From Rhodopseudomonas sp. (GTDB taxonomy: Bacteria > Pseudomonadota > Alphaproteobacteria > Rhizobiales > Xanthobacteraceae): a stretch of 64,000 nt of DNA. The stretch is from the NCBI GenBank assembly GCA_016124795.1, contig WGNB01000052.1, positions 4,008 to 68,007 on the forward strand, in the 5' to 3' direction. Numbering within the stretch: position 1 is the first letter of the stretch; the number at the start of each line of letters is the position of its first letter. A model generated the notes under the pieces. It saw nothing but the letters and a program-made list of their open reading frames with translations. It ran no database searches and was not told the origin of the DNA. This document shows positions 9,012-17,894 of this stretch, in pieces. The translations under genes and the position numbers were made by a program.

Positions 9012-12000
9012 ATGCGCGGGCCGGATCGATTGACCAAGGCGATGGACAAGCCGTCCAGACGGCGGACGATGGCGGCCGCAACGGTGCGAACCGGTGCGGT
9101 GCTTTTTGCGCTGTCGGCCGGTGGACCGACTTCGGCCCAGCAATTGCCGACCGGCGGCACGGTGACCTCGGGCGGTGCCGCGATCGTGCAGCCTAATGCC
9201 AACACGCTGAACATCAATCAAAGCACCGACAAGGCGATCATCGACTGGCAATCGTTCTCGGTCGGGCAGGGTGGCACGGTCAATTTCAATCAGCCGAGCG
9301 CGTCGTCCGCGACCCTCAACCGCGTTTTAGGTTCGACGCCGTCCTGGATCGCCGGCACCATCAATGCGCCCGGCACCGTTTTGCTGGTCAATCCGAACGG
9401 CATCGCAATCACCAAAGATGGCGTCGTCAATACGGGTTCTTTCGCCGCCTCGACGCTGGACATCAAGGATTCCGACTTTCTGTCGGGCAACTATAAGTTC
9501 TCCGGCAATGGGGCCTCGGCTGGAGTCATCAATAACGGCCAGATCAGCGTTTCGGACGGTGGCTTTGCCGCTTTGCTCGGCGGTCAGGTCAGCAATAATG
9601 GTGTGATCGCGGCCCGCCTCGGTAAAGTCGGGCTGGGGGCCGGCGAAATGGCGACGCTCGACCTCGCCGGCGATGGATTCCTGTCGGTGGCGGTGCCGTC
9701 GACCGAAGCCGGCAAGCTGGTGGATGCCAAAGGCGCGCTGGTCAGCAATCGCGGCAAGATCGTTGCCGATGGCGGCACGGTTTATCTGAGCGCGGCGACG
9801 GCGGCCAATATCCTTCGCAATGCCGTCAACATTCCTGGAGCGATCCGCACCAACACGGTCGGCAGCCATAACGGCCGCATCGTGATCAATGGCGGCACGG
9901 GCGGCACGGTGAAGGTCACCGGCCGGCTCGCTGCCAAGGGCCGTCAGTCGGGCGAAACCGGTGGCGGCATCGATATCACCGGCGCCAACGTCAAAGTGAT
10001 CGGCGCGCTGATCGATGCGTCGGGCGCTGCCGGCGGCGGCACCGTGGAAATCGGCGGCGGTCTGCATGGCGGCGGGGTGCTGGCGCATGCCCAGTCGGTA
10101 TCGATCGACTCGACCACGGTTATTCGCGCCGACGCGACCGACAGCGGCGATGGCGGTGTGGTCGTGGCCTGGTCGGACGGCCAGACCACCGCCAACGGCA
10201 CCTTCAGCGCGCGCGGCGGCGTCAATGGCGGCGATGGCGGCATTGTCGAAACCTCGGGTCACAGCGTCGATTTCACCGGGATTAATGTCAGCGCCTCGGC
10301 GGCGCGGGGCGCGGCCGGCACCTGGCTGGTCGATCCGACCTCTCTGACGATTGATTCCGCAGCGGCCACCACGATCGCCAATACCTTGAACGCCGGCACC
10401 AGCGTCACGCTGCAGACCAACCCTGACGGCACGACCAGTGGCCCGGGCACGGCGAGCAGCGGGGCTGGCGACATCATCTTTGCCTCGGAGCTCTTCGCGT
10501 CGGGCGGGCTCAACACTACGCTCACCGTTCAGGCCTACAACAACATCGTGATCAACGGCGGCGGCGACTATGTTTCGATCGTCGGGTCGTTTAACGCCCA
10601 GGCCGGCGGAACATTCACGCTGAACGGTACCCTTACCGTCAAAAACCTCACGGTCACGACCGTTGGCGACATGTCGTTCAACGGCAGTCTCACTGTCAAC
10701 GGCACGTCGACGCTGTTTACCGGCGGCAACATCAATTTCACAGGCAGCACCAACAATCTCGGCAGCACCCCGGTGCTGACGGCCGGCGGCGACATCCAGA
10801 TCCTCGCACCGACGGGATCCTCAGCTGGTGCGACGCTCAACGCCTATGGCAACATCAACTTTGCGGCTAATTTCACGAACTACGGCAACTTCGGCACCGG
10901 CCCGGTCACGCTGCGCGCGGATATCGACGGCAACGGCAGCGGCACGCTGAACTTCAGCAACGGCGCCACCTTCGCGGCCGGCGGGGCCGGTGTCACCATT
11001 TATTACAACCCGACCTCATACGCGTCGCCGACAAGCTTCAGCGGCACCGTGACCGGCGCTGGCTCGCTGACGGCCTACATGCTGGTCAACAGCGCCGCCA
11101 ACCTCTCCGCCATTAGCAACAATCTCGGTGGAACCTATGCGCTCGGACGCGACATCGACCTGAGTGGCGTCGACTTCTTGCCGATCGGATGGAGCGCGAC
11201 TGTCCATAATTTTACAGGCGTGTTCGATGGGCAGAACCACGTCATCACCAACATGGCGATCGGCTCACAGACCGAACGTTATTTCCTCGGAAAGACTGGC
11301 CTGTTTTGGGAAGTGGACGGCACCGTTCGTAACCTCGGTGTCACGGGCTCCATCAGCGACGGCTATAATAATTATATTGGCGGTCTCGCGGGCGTCGTCG
11401 GCAGCTCCGGCACCATCTCCAATTCCTGGAGCGCCGTATCGGTCGACGGGCGAAGAGGCGATACGTCAGTCGGCGGCCTTGTCGGCTTGAACCTCGGCCA
11501 CATCACCGGCGGCTCTTACGCCACAGGCAGCGTTTCCGGTGGCAATTACGTCGGCGGTCTTGTCGGTGAAAATCGCGCGACCATCGACAACTCCTATGCG
11601 ACCGGCTCCGTGAGCGGACCCTATGCGGGCGGGCTGCTCGGCTTCAACAGAACGGGCGCGCTCGTCAACTATACCTATGCGTTGGGCTCGGTTAACGGCA
11701 GCATCTACACCGGCGGACTTGTCGGCTGGAACGAACAGTCGATTGCTGCCTACGGCACGATCATGAACTCCTACGCCGCCGGCCATCTGTCGGGCAGCAG
11801 CATCGGCGGTATCGCCGGTTATAATGGCTGGGATCCAAGCGAAAATCAGAACGACTTCAATTCGCAAAACGGACAATCCGGCAAAGTCTGGTGGACAGTC
11901 TGGGACGCCGACTCGACCGGCACCAATAAGGCATTCGGCTCGTCCTATCTTGATCGCTCCGGCTATTCGAGCGAGAATGTCCAGTTCATCGGATTCGTCA

Positions 12001-15000
12001 GCACGAACGCGAGCCTGACCTCCGCCAACGGGGGCGGCAATCTCGGCAATCCCTATCTGACATCGTCCTATAATTTTATCTTTAGCGATCCAACGCCGGG
12101 CAATACCGACATGCAGGCGACCGGTTTCGCCGCTCACTGGTACATGATCAACGGGTCGACGCGGCCGTTCTTGTCGGCGGAATATTCGACGACAATTCAG
12201 AACTCGCATCAGCTGCAGCTGATCGATATGGATGGGACCGCCAGCTATTCGCTCGCGCGCGATCTTACTTATACGAACGATGGCATGTGGACGTCGGCCG
12301 GTTTCTCGCCGATCGCGCCGCAAACAGCGTTCAATGTCGAGCTAAAGGTTTATGGTAGTTTTGACCTGAATGTCGGCTCTGGGCTCCCATCCTCGACTCA
12401 GTCGGGCAACAACGTCGTCGTTGTGATCGCAAAAAGGGGGCCACTATACCCCATAAACCAAACGCTCGTTTCGGATACCTACACGGTCAGCTATGTCGGC
12501 CAGGACTTCACCGGTACGTTCAACGGCAACGGCCACACGATCACCAATCTGACCTCGACGGTAACCAGCGGCAATGGCGGCCTGTTCGGCGCGGTCGCCA
12601 GCGGCGGCACCGTCGAGAACCTTGGTCTCATCAATCCGCAGATCTACGCAGACAACCATCTTACCGGTATCGGCTCGGTCGGTAGTGTCGCCGGCTACAA
12701 CGCCGGAACGATCTACAGCGTTTACGCGACCGGTGGTTCGGTGAGCAGTTGGTTCGCCGCCGACACCGGCGGCCTCGTTGGCACCAACGTCGGATTGGTC
12801 ACACAGTCTTATGCCAATGTCTCGGTAGCCGGGGTCAATCAGGGCTACGATCCTCAGACCGGCTATCCGACCAGCACGTTTTATGACCACGACGGCGGTC
12901 TCGTCGGCGCCAACTATGGCCAGATCACCAACACCTATGCCTTGGGTTGGGTTGCCGGCAACGGCGCGGTCGGTGGCCTGGTCGGCTACAACAGCGGCAC
13001 CGTCGCGAACAGCTATACGACCGGCCAAACCGGCAGAAATTACAATTACGGCATCAACGCCTTCGGCGCCCTGGTCGGCAACAACCAGGGCAACGTCTTC
13101 AACTCGTTCTGGGATTCGACCGTCGCCACGAACAACAGCGGCGCAGGCACCGGACTGTCCACGGCCCAGATGCAGGATCTCAACTCCTACACCTCGACCT
13201 ACAGCGGCTGGGATTTCTTCCGCGTCTGGGCGCCGCCGAACCAGGCGGGACAAGGCGGCCAATCGACTGCCTATTATCCCCAACTCTATGCTTCAAGTAA
13301 TATCGTCGTCCTCACGGCCAATGACGCCAGCCAGCAATATGGCGCGACGACGCCCACTTTCACCGGTGGCCTTTACAGCTTGGCCGACATCGGCCGCCTG
13401 TCGTCGTACACTATCGGCGCGCTCAGTTCGTCCGCGACATCGAGTTCGTCGGTCGGTACCTATTCGATCGGCCTCCAGCAAGCAGCGCCGGCGGTCTCCG
13501 TCGGAACGCAGACCGGATGCAGCTTTTCTTACTGCAGTTTCTATCTATCGATTAACGGGTACATTGTCGGAGGGGGCACCTATCTCCCGCCGGCGAGCGC
13601 GGCGTCCCTCATCAACGGATTCACCAACATTACGCACGTTACGGCGTCGGTGGATGCGGGCGGCCATCTTGTTTTGACGTCGTCGAGTTCGTTCACCGTC
13701 TATGCTCCTTATTCCGGCGCCCCCGACCCTTACGGCGTATCGGGCACCTTCACCGCCACGCCGGGATCGAACGCCAGCGCCAGCATGATGAACGGCAGCA
13801 CACCGCGTATGCTGTTCCTGCCCGGCACGCTCACCGTTACGCCGGCGCCGCTGACCATCACCGCGAACGGCGTCACCAAGACCTATGGGCAAACGGTGGT
13901 CAACGGCAGCACCGGTTATTCGACCAGCGGTCTCGTCAACGGCGACAGCGTCGCGTCGGTGTCCTTCAGCAGCACAGGTCTCGCCGCCACCGCGAACGTC
14001 GACGGCGGACCTTATTCGATCACGCCCAGCAATGCGCAGGGAACGGGGCTGAGCAACTACACCATCACCTACGTAAACGGCACGCTGACGATTACGCCGG
14101 CAACGCTGACTTATACGGCTGATAGCGGGACCATGACCTACGGCGCGACGGTCCCGGGTCTGACCGGTACTGTTACCGGCTTCGTCAATGGTGAGACCCT
14201 GGGCTCGGCGACCACGGGGAACCTGACCTTTGCGACCAATGCGACGTTGTTGAGCAATGTCGGCAATTACGACATCACCGGTTCGGGTCTAAGCGCCAAT
14301 CACGGCAATTACACCTTTGTCCAGGCCGCGGCGAACACGAACGCATTTTCCGTCACGCCGGCCGAGATCGTCGTGACGGCGAACGGCGGCACCTCGATTT
14401 ATGGCGAGTCGCCCGCAAATCCGGGCCTGTCGGCGTCCGGCCTTCAGAACGGTCAGGACGTCAGCGTCCTGACCGGACTGTCGAACTCGTTCGGCATCGG
14501 GCCGACGACCGGCGTCGTCAACGGCGGCTATACGCTGAGCGTGCTCGGTACGCTGACCAACGCCAATTATACGGTCACGACGCGCAACACCGGCACCTGG
14601 ACGGTGACGCCGGCACAGATCACGGTGACGGCGAATGGCGGCACGTCGGTTTATGGCACGTCGCCCTCCGACCCGGGCCTGTCGGCGAACGGTCTGCAGA
14701 ACGGCGAGGACGTTGGCGTCCTGACCGGCCTGTCGAATTCGTTCGGCATCGGGCCGACCACCAGCGTCGGCGGCGGTCCCTATACGCTCAGCGTGCTCGG
14801 GACGCTGACCAACGCCAATTATACGATCACGGCCCGCAACACCGGCACCTGGACGGTGACGCCGGCCAGCTATACCGCGATCAGCGGCGCGAAGACCTAT
14901 GATGGCAATGCTGCTTTCGGTAGCGATCAGGTGACGCTCACCGGCGTCAACGGTGAGACGTTCACGGTCGGCGCGGTGGCCAATTCGGCCAATGCGTCGT

Positions 15001-16997
15001 CCAACCCCAATAGCCCGTCGACGGGTTTCATCTCCGTCACCGGGCCAATTGTCGGACAGAACGGGGCCGATCCGTCCAATTATGTCGCCCCGGTCGCCAG
15101 CTCTTTGACTGGCGCCAGCAACGTCGCCAGCATCGCCAAGGCGACTTATACCGCGATCTCCGGCGTCAAGACCTATGATGGCACGACGGCTTTCGCGGCG
15201 GGCGACGTCACCCTCAGCGGCGTCAACGGTGAGACGTTCAATGTCGCGGCGACCGGCAACGCGGCCAATGCCTCGACCAACCCGACCGATCCGACGACTT
15301 ACCTGACCGCGTCGTCAGGCCCGATTGCCGGCATCAACGGCGCCGATCCGAATAATTACAATGCGCTCGACGTCGGCACGCTGACCGGGACGAACAATGT
15401 CGCGGTCGTCAATCTGCGGGCGCTGACCGTCACCGCCGACGATCTCGCCAAAACCTATGGCGATATTCTGAACTTCAACGGCGCCGAGTTCTCGACGAAC
15501 GGACTGCAAAACGGCGAAACGATCGGCTCGGTCGCGCTCGCCAGCGCCGGGCAGGCGGCAACGGCCGGCGTTGCCGGCGGGCCTTATGCGATCGCGGTCA
15601 GTAACGCGGCCGGCGGCACCTTCGATATCAACAACTACGCGGTGAGCTATGTCGGCGGCCACCTGACCGTCAATCCAGCGGATATCGTTGTCACCGCGCT
15701 CGGCGGGCGGTCGACTTACGGGGAATCGCCGTCCGATCCGGGGATTTCCGCTAGCAATCTGCAAAACGGTGAAGATGTCTCGGTGCTGACCGGGCTTGCC
15801 AACAGCTTCGGCATTACCAACGTCTCCGGCGCCGGCAATCATACGCTGAGCGTCGCCGGTTTGCTGACGAACCCGAATTACCACGTGACGCAGACCGTTG
15901 ACGGCGTCTGGACCGTCGACCCGGCAACCTTGACCTATGTCGCCAACCCGTCGACGCGTTATTTTGGCGACATCAATCCGCTGTTCAGCGGCACGGTGAC
16001 CGGCTTCGTCAACGGTGAGACTCTGGCGACGGCGACGACCGGCACGCTGCTGTTCACGTCACCGGCCACGCCGACTTCGCTCGTCGGGCAGTATCCGATC
16101 GAGGGTTCGGGACTGAGTGCGGCCAATTACATCTTTGTGCAGGCGGACGGCAATGCGACCGCCTTGACGGTAGCGACGCCGCCGACCACGCCGGGCAGCC
16201 AGGTGTCGCCGCCGGGCGGCGGCAATCCGCCGAATGACGTCAACATCAGCTTCACGCCGCCGGGCGGCAATGGTGGCCCGATCCAGGTGTCGTTCACGCC
16301 GACGAGAACGGCGAACAATTCGAACGGCGCTGATGCGACGCCGGCGGCGCTGCCGTCGGGCATTCCGTCGGCCGGGAATAACGGTTACGACTTCCTGCCG
16401 ATCAGCCAGTACGACGCCAACCAGTATTCGCAGTTCAAGCTGCCGGACTACGATGCCAAGGCTGGCGCGGCGACAGTGTTCACTATCATTGCCCGGGCGA
16501 TCTCGGCCGATCATGCGGCTGACTTCATGATCGATGGCTTCTGGAACGGTACGGCCGGCGATTGGGCGGGTGCGACCGGCCAGAATCCGGTGAATGCCAA
16601 AGTGACGTTCTCGGATGGCGAGGGCCACAATGTCGCGCCGACCGATGCCAATGCCTTCCCGATAGTCGCCGGCAAAACCGATATCGCCGCGCTGCTCAAG
16701 TCCGGTCCGGTGATGATCGGCGGCGCGGCAGGTCAGGGCGGTTGGATGCTCGCAACAGGGTTGACGCCGGACGGCAAGGGCATCGTTTGCGACGATCCGG
16801 TCACCGGCAAGCAGGTCACGCTGGGTTATGACCCCCAGAGCCATGCCGTCGGCGGCGTCACGGGTATTTACGACGCCAAGACCAAGGGCTTCGTTGCGTT
16901 GGCGTCGGCGGGTGATGATCTGCCGCAAGGTGCCGGCGTGCCGGCGGCGCTGCAGAACTTCACGCCGACGACTTACTTCAGCGTCGGCATTCACTAG
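9012..16997 (+). CDS. Giant TpsA exoprotein (filamentous-haemagglutinin N-terminal TPS domain; GLUG and MBG/YDG repeat regions)
   Basis: The 2661-aa ORF opens with a TPS domain: NINQSTDKAIIDWQSFSVGQGGTVNFNQPS...LNRVLG...LLVNPNGIAITKDG. Two GLUG-motif blocks (GGLVG/GGLAG repeats) lie at about 11.2-11.8 kb and 12.5-13.1 kb. MBG-type (TKTYG/SIYGE...NYTITY) and YDG-type (KTYDG) repeats lie at about 13.8-16.1 kb. Confidence 0.9.
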   Translation: MRGPDRLTKAMDKPSRRRTMAAATVRTGAVLFALSAGGPTSAQQLPTGGTVTSGGAAIVQPNANTLNINQSTDKAIIDWQSFSVGQGGTVNFNQPSASSATLNRVLGSTPSWIAGTINAPGTVLLVNPNGIAITKDGVVNTGSFAASTLDIKDSDFLSGNYKFSGNGASAGVINNGQISVSDGGFAALLGGQVSNNGVIAARLGKVGLGAGEMATLDLAGDGFLSVAVPSTEAGKLVDAKGALVSNRGKIVADGGTVYLSAATAANILRNAVNIPGAIRTNTVGSHNGRIVINGGTGGTVKVTGRLAAKGRQSGETGGGIDITGANVKVIGALIDASGAAGGGTVEIGGGLHGGGVLAHAQSVSIDSTTVIRADATDSGDGGVVVAWSDGQTTANGTFSARGGVNGGDGGIVETSGHSVDFTGINVSASAARGAAGTWLVDPTSLTIDSAAATTIANTLNAGTSVTLQTNPDGTTSGPGTASSGAGDIIFASELFASGGLNTTLTVQAYNNIVINGGGDYVSIVGSFNAQAGGTFTLNGTLTVKNLTVTTVGDMSFNGSLTVNGTSTLFTGGNINFTGSTNNLGSTPVLTAGGDIQILAPTGSSAGATLNAYGNINFAANFTNYGNFGTGPVTLRADIDGNGSGTLNFSNGATFAAGGAGVTIYYNPTSYASPTSFSGTVTGAGSLTAYMLVNSAANLSAISNNLGGTYALGRDIDLSGVDFLPIGWSATVHNFTGVFDGQNHVITNMAIGSQTERYFLGKTGLFWEVDGTVRNLGVTGSISDGYNNYIGGLAGVVGSSGTISNSWSAVSVDGRRGDTSVGGLVGLNLGHITGGSYATGSVSGGNYVGGLVGENRATIDNSYATGSVSGPYAGGLLGFNRTGALVNYTYALGSVNGSIYTGGLVGWNEQSIAAYGTIMNSYAAGHLSGSSIGGIAGYNGWDPSENQNDFNSQNGQSGKVWWTVWDADSTGTNKAFGSSYLDRSGYSSENVQFIGFVSTNASLTSANGGGNLGNPYLTSSYNFIFSDPTPGNTDMQATGFAAHWYMINGSTRPFLSAEYSTTIQNSHQLQLIDMDGTASYSLARDLTYTNDGMWTSAGFSPIAPQTAFNVELKVYGSFDLNVGSGLPSSTQSGNNVVVVIAKRGPLYPINQTLVSDTYTVSYVGQDFTGTFNGNGHTITNLTSTVTSGNGGLFGAVASGGTVENLGLINPQIYADNHLTGIGSVGSVAGYNAGTIYSVYATGGSVSSWFAADTGGLVGTNVGLVTQSYANVSVAGVNQGYDPQTGYPTSTFYDHDGGLVGANYGQITNTYALGWVAGNGAVGGLVGYNSGTVANSYTTGQTGRNYNYGINAFGALVGNNQGNVFNSFWDSTVATNNSGAGTGLSTAQMQDLNSYTSTYSGWDFFRVWAPPNQAGQGGQSTAYYPQLYASSNIVVLTANDASQQYGATTPTFTGGLYSLADIGRLSSYTIGALSSSATSSSSVGTYSIGLQQAAPAVSVGTQTGCSFSYCSFYLSINGYIVGGGTYLPPASAASLINGFTNITHVTASVDAGGHLVLTSSSSFTVYAPYSGAPDPYGVSGTFTATPGSNASASMMNGSTPRMLFLPGTLTVTPAPLTITANGVTKTYGQTVVNGSTGYSTSGLVNGDSVASVSFSSTGLAATANVDGGPYSITPSNAQGTGLSNYTITYVNGTLTITPATLTYTADSGTMTYGATVPGLTGTVTGFVNGETLGSATTGNLTFATNATLLSNVGNYDITGSGLSANHGNYTFVQAAANTNAFSVTPAEIVVTANGGTSIYGESPANPGLSASGLQNGQDVSVLTGLSNSFGIGPTTGVVNGGYTLSVLGTLTNANYTVTTRNTGTWTVTPAQITVTANGGTSVYGTSPSDPGLSANGLQNGEDVGVLTGLSNSFGIGPTTSVGGGPYTLSVLGTLTNANYTITARNTGTWTVTPASYTAISGAKTYDGNAAFGSDQVTLTGVNGETFTVGAVANSANASSNPNSPSTGFISVTGPIVGQNGADPSNYVAPVASSLTGASNVASIAKATYTAISGVKTYDGTTAFAAGDVTLSGVNGETFNVAATGNAANASTNPTDPTTYLTASSGPIAGINGADPNNYNALDVGTLTGTNNVAVVNLRALTVTADDLAKTYGDILNFNGAEFSTNGLQNGETIGSVALASAGQAATAGVAGGPYAIAVSNAAGGTFDINNYAVSYVGGHLTVNPADIVVTALGGRSTYGESPSDPGISASNLQNGEDVSVLTGLANSFGITNVSGAGNHTLSVAGLLTNPNYHVTQTVDGVWTVDPATLTYVANPSTRYFGDINPLFSGTVTGFVNGETLATATTGTLLFTSPATPTSLVGQYPIEGSGLSAANYIFVQADGNATALTVATPPTTPGSQVSPPGGGNPPNDVNISFTPPGGNGGPIQVSFTPTRTANNSNGADATPAALPSGIPSAGNNGYDFLPISQYDANQYSQFKLPDYDAKAGAATVFTIIARAISADHAADFMIDGFWNGTAGDWAGATGQNPVNAKVTFSDGEGHNVAPTDANAFPIVAGKTDIAALLKSGPVMIGGAAGQGGWMLATGLTPDGKGIVCDDPVTGKQVTLGYDPQSHAVGGVTGIYDAKTKGFVALASAGDDLPQGAGVPAALQNFTPTTYFSVGIH
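14352..14855 (+). repeat. Intragenic tandem repeat, 2 x 252 bp (84-aa MBG-type module)
   Basis: VTPAEIVVTANGGTSIYGESPANPGLSASGLQNGQDVSVLTGLSNSFGIGPTT... is repeated almost identically. The units start at 14352 and 14604. A more diverged third copy starts near 15669. Confidence 0.85.
14868..15419 (+). repeat. Intragenic tandem repeat, 2 x 276 bp (92-aa YDG-type module)
   Basis: YTAISG(A/V)KTYDG...LTGVNGETF...GADPSNY is repeated. TATACCGCGATC occurs at 14871 and again at 15147. Confidence 0.8.
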
Positions 16998-17028
16998 GCT
17001 TGCGGCGCTCGCCGCCGGCCTGTTCGCG

Positions 17029-17892
17029 TCAGCGTGAGCCGGCGGTCATCGCGCCTAACTCGCGGGCCAGGATTCCGGCTGGCCGTGACAGTTCATCCAG
17101 GATCGAAAAGTGATGATGGCCCGGCAGGATGCGTAATGTAACCGGCAGGCCGAGGCGTTCGGCGGCTTCGGCATAATCCGTTGTTTGCCGCCGCAACTCG
17201 GTGAGTTCGTTGCCGCCGACGGTCAGGATTTGCGGCGACGCGCCGGGCCGCAGCAGATGAAGTGGACTGTAGTTCTCGATTTCGTCGCGGTTGAGCGCCA
17301 ACGGTTCGTTGATATAGCTCAGCGCGATCGGTTCGAGGTCGAAGATGCCGCTGATCATCAGCGCGCCGCGCACCTTCGGCCAGGCATTGGCGACAGCCGC
17401 CAGATGGCCGCCGGCCGACCAGCCGCCGACATAGACTCGCTTCGGGTCGAATCCGAAGCGGCCGGCATGGCGGTCGAGATGGTCGAGCGCCTGCCGGACC
17501 TCGTCGACGATATCGGACAGGCGCGCCGCCGGCGCCAGCGTGTAGCCGAGCACGGCAACGTCGATACCGTGCGCGCGCGGGCCTTCGGAGATGAAGGAGA
17601 AAATCTCCTTGGCGTTACGCTGCCAGTAGCCGCCATGAATGAACACGAACAGCGGCGCGTCAGGCTGGCCGGACGGGAAAAAGTCGAAGCGGGCGCGCTC
17701 GCGGTCGCCATAGGGCACGTCAAGCTGGGCGCCGGGCATCATGCGGGTTGCGCCGCTGCGCAGCCGCCAGTCGGCCAGCCATTCGCCGCTGTCGGCGACG
17801 GCGGCGCTGTTGTTATAGGCGGCGTCGAGCGCGGCGCGGTCCATGCCACGATAGATCGGGGTGGCGCGCGCCGCCTGGCTGGTGTCGGTCAC
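17029..17892 (-). CDS. Alpha/beta hydrolase (arylformamidase/esterase-like)
   Basis: HGGYW oxyanion motif and GGWSAGGHL nucleophile elbow in a 287-aa ORF. Confidence 0.75.
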   Translation of the reverse strand: MTDTSQAARATPIYRGMDRAALDAAYNNSAAVADSGEWLADWRLRSGATRMMPGAQLDVPYGDRERARFDFFPSGQPDAPLFVFIHGGYWQRNAKEIFSFISEGPRAHGIDVAVLGYTLAPAARLSDIVDEVRQALDHLDRHAGRFGFDPKRVYVGGWSAGGHLAAVANAWPKVRGALMISGIFDLEPIALSYINEPLALNRDEIENYSPLHLLRPGASPQILTVGGNELTELRRQTTDYAEAAERLGLPVTLRILPGHHHFSILDELSRPAGILARELGAMTAGSR

Positions 17893-17894
17893 GA

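Noticed and set aside
8054-9217. 387-aa minus-strand ORF, and many similar long ORFs antisense to or overlapping real genes. Examples: 9327-10262, 11466-12323, 12444-13283, 16059-16994, 22051-23127, 23666-24703, 24882-26147, 31387-32400, 31950-33329, 38572-39687, 39554-40915, 41248-42507, 43396-44481, 46723-47763, 54228-55277.
   Set aside because: Their Arg/Pro/Gly/Ala-rich translations are typical of out-of-frame or antisense reading of high-GC genes. Each overlaps a gene with clear family motifs. They have no RBS or motif support.
16386-17028. A contact-dependent-inhibition toxin/immunity module at the TpsA C-terminus.
   Set aside because: No VENN or other pretoxin motif was seen. No small ORF follows the stop, and the next gene is a convergent alpha/beta hydrolase only 31 nt away.
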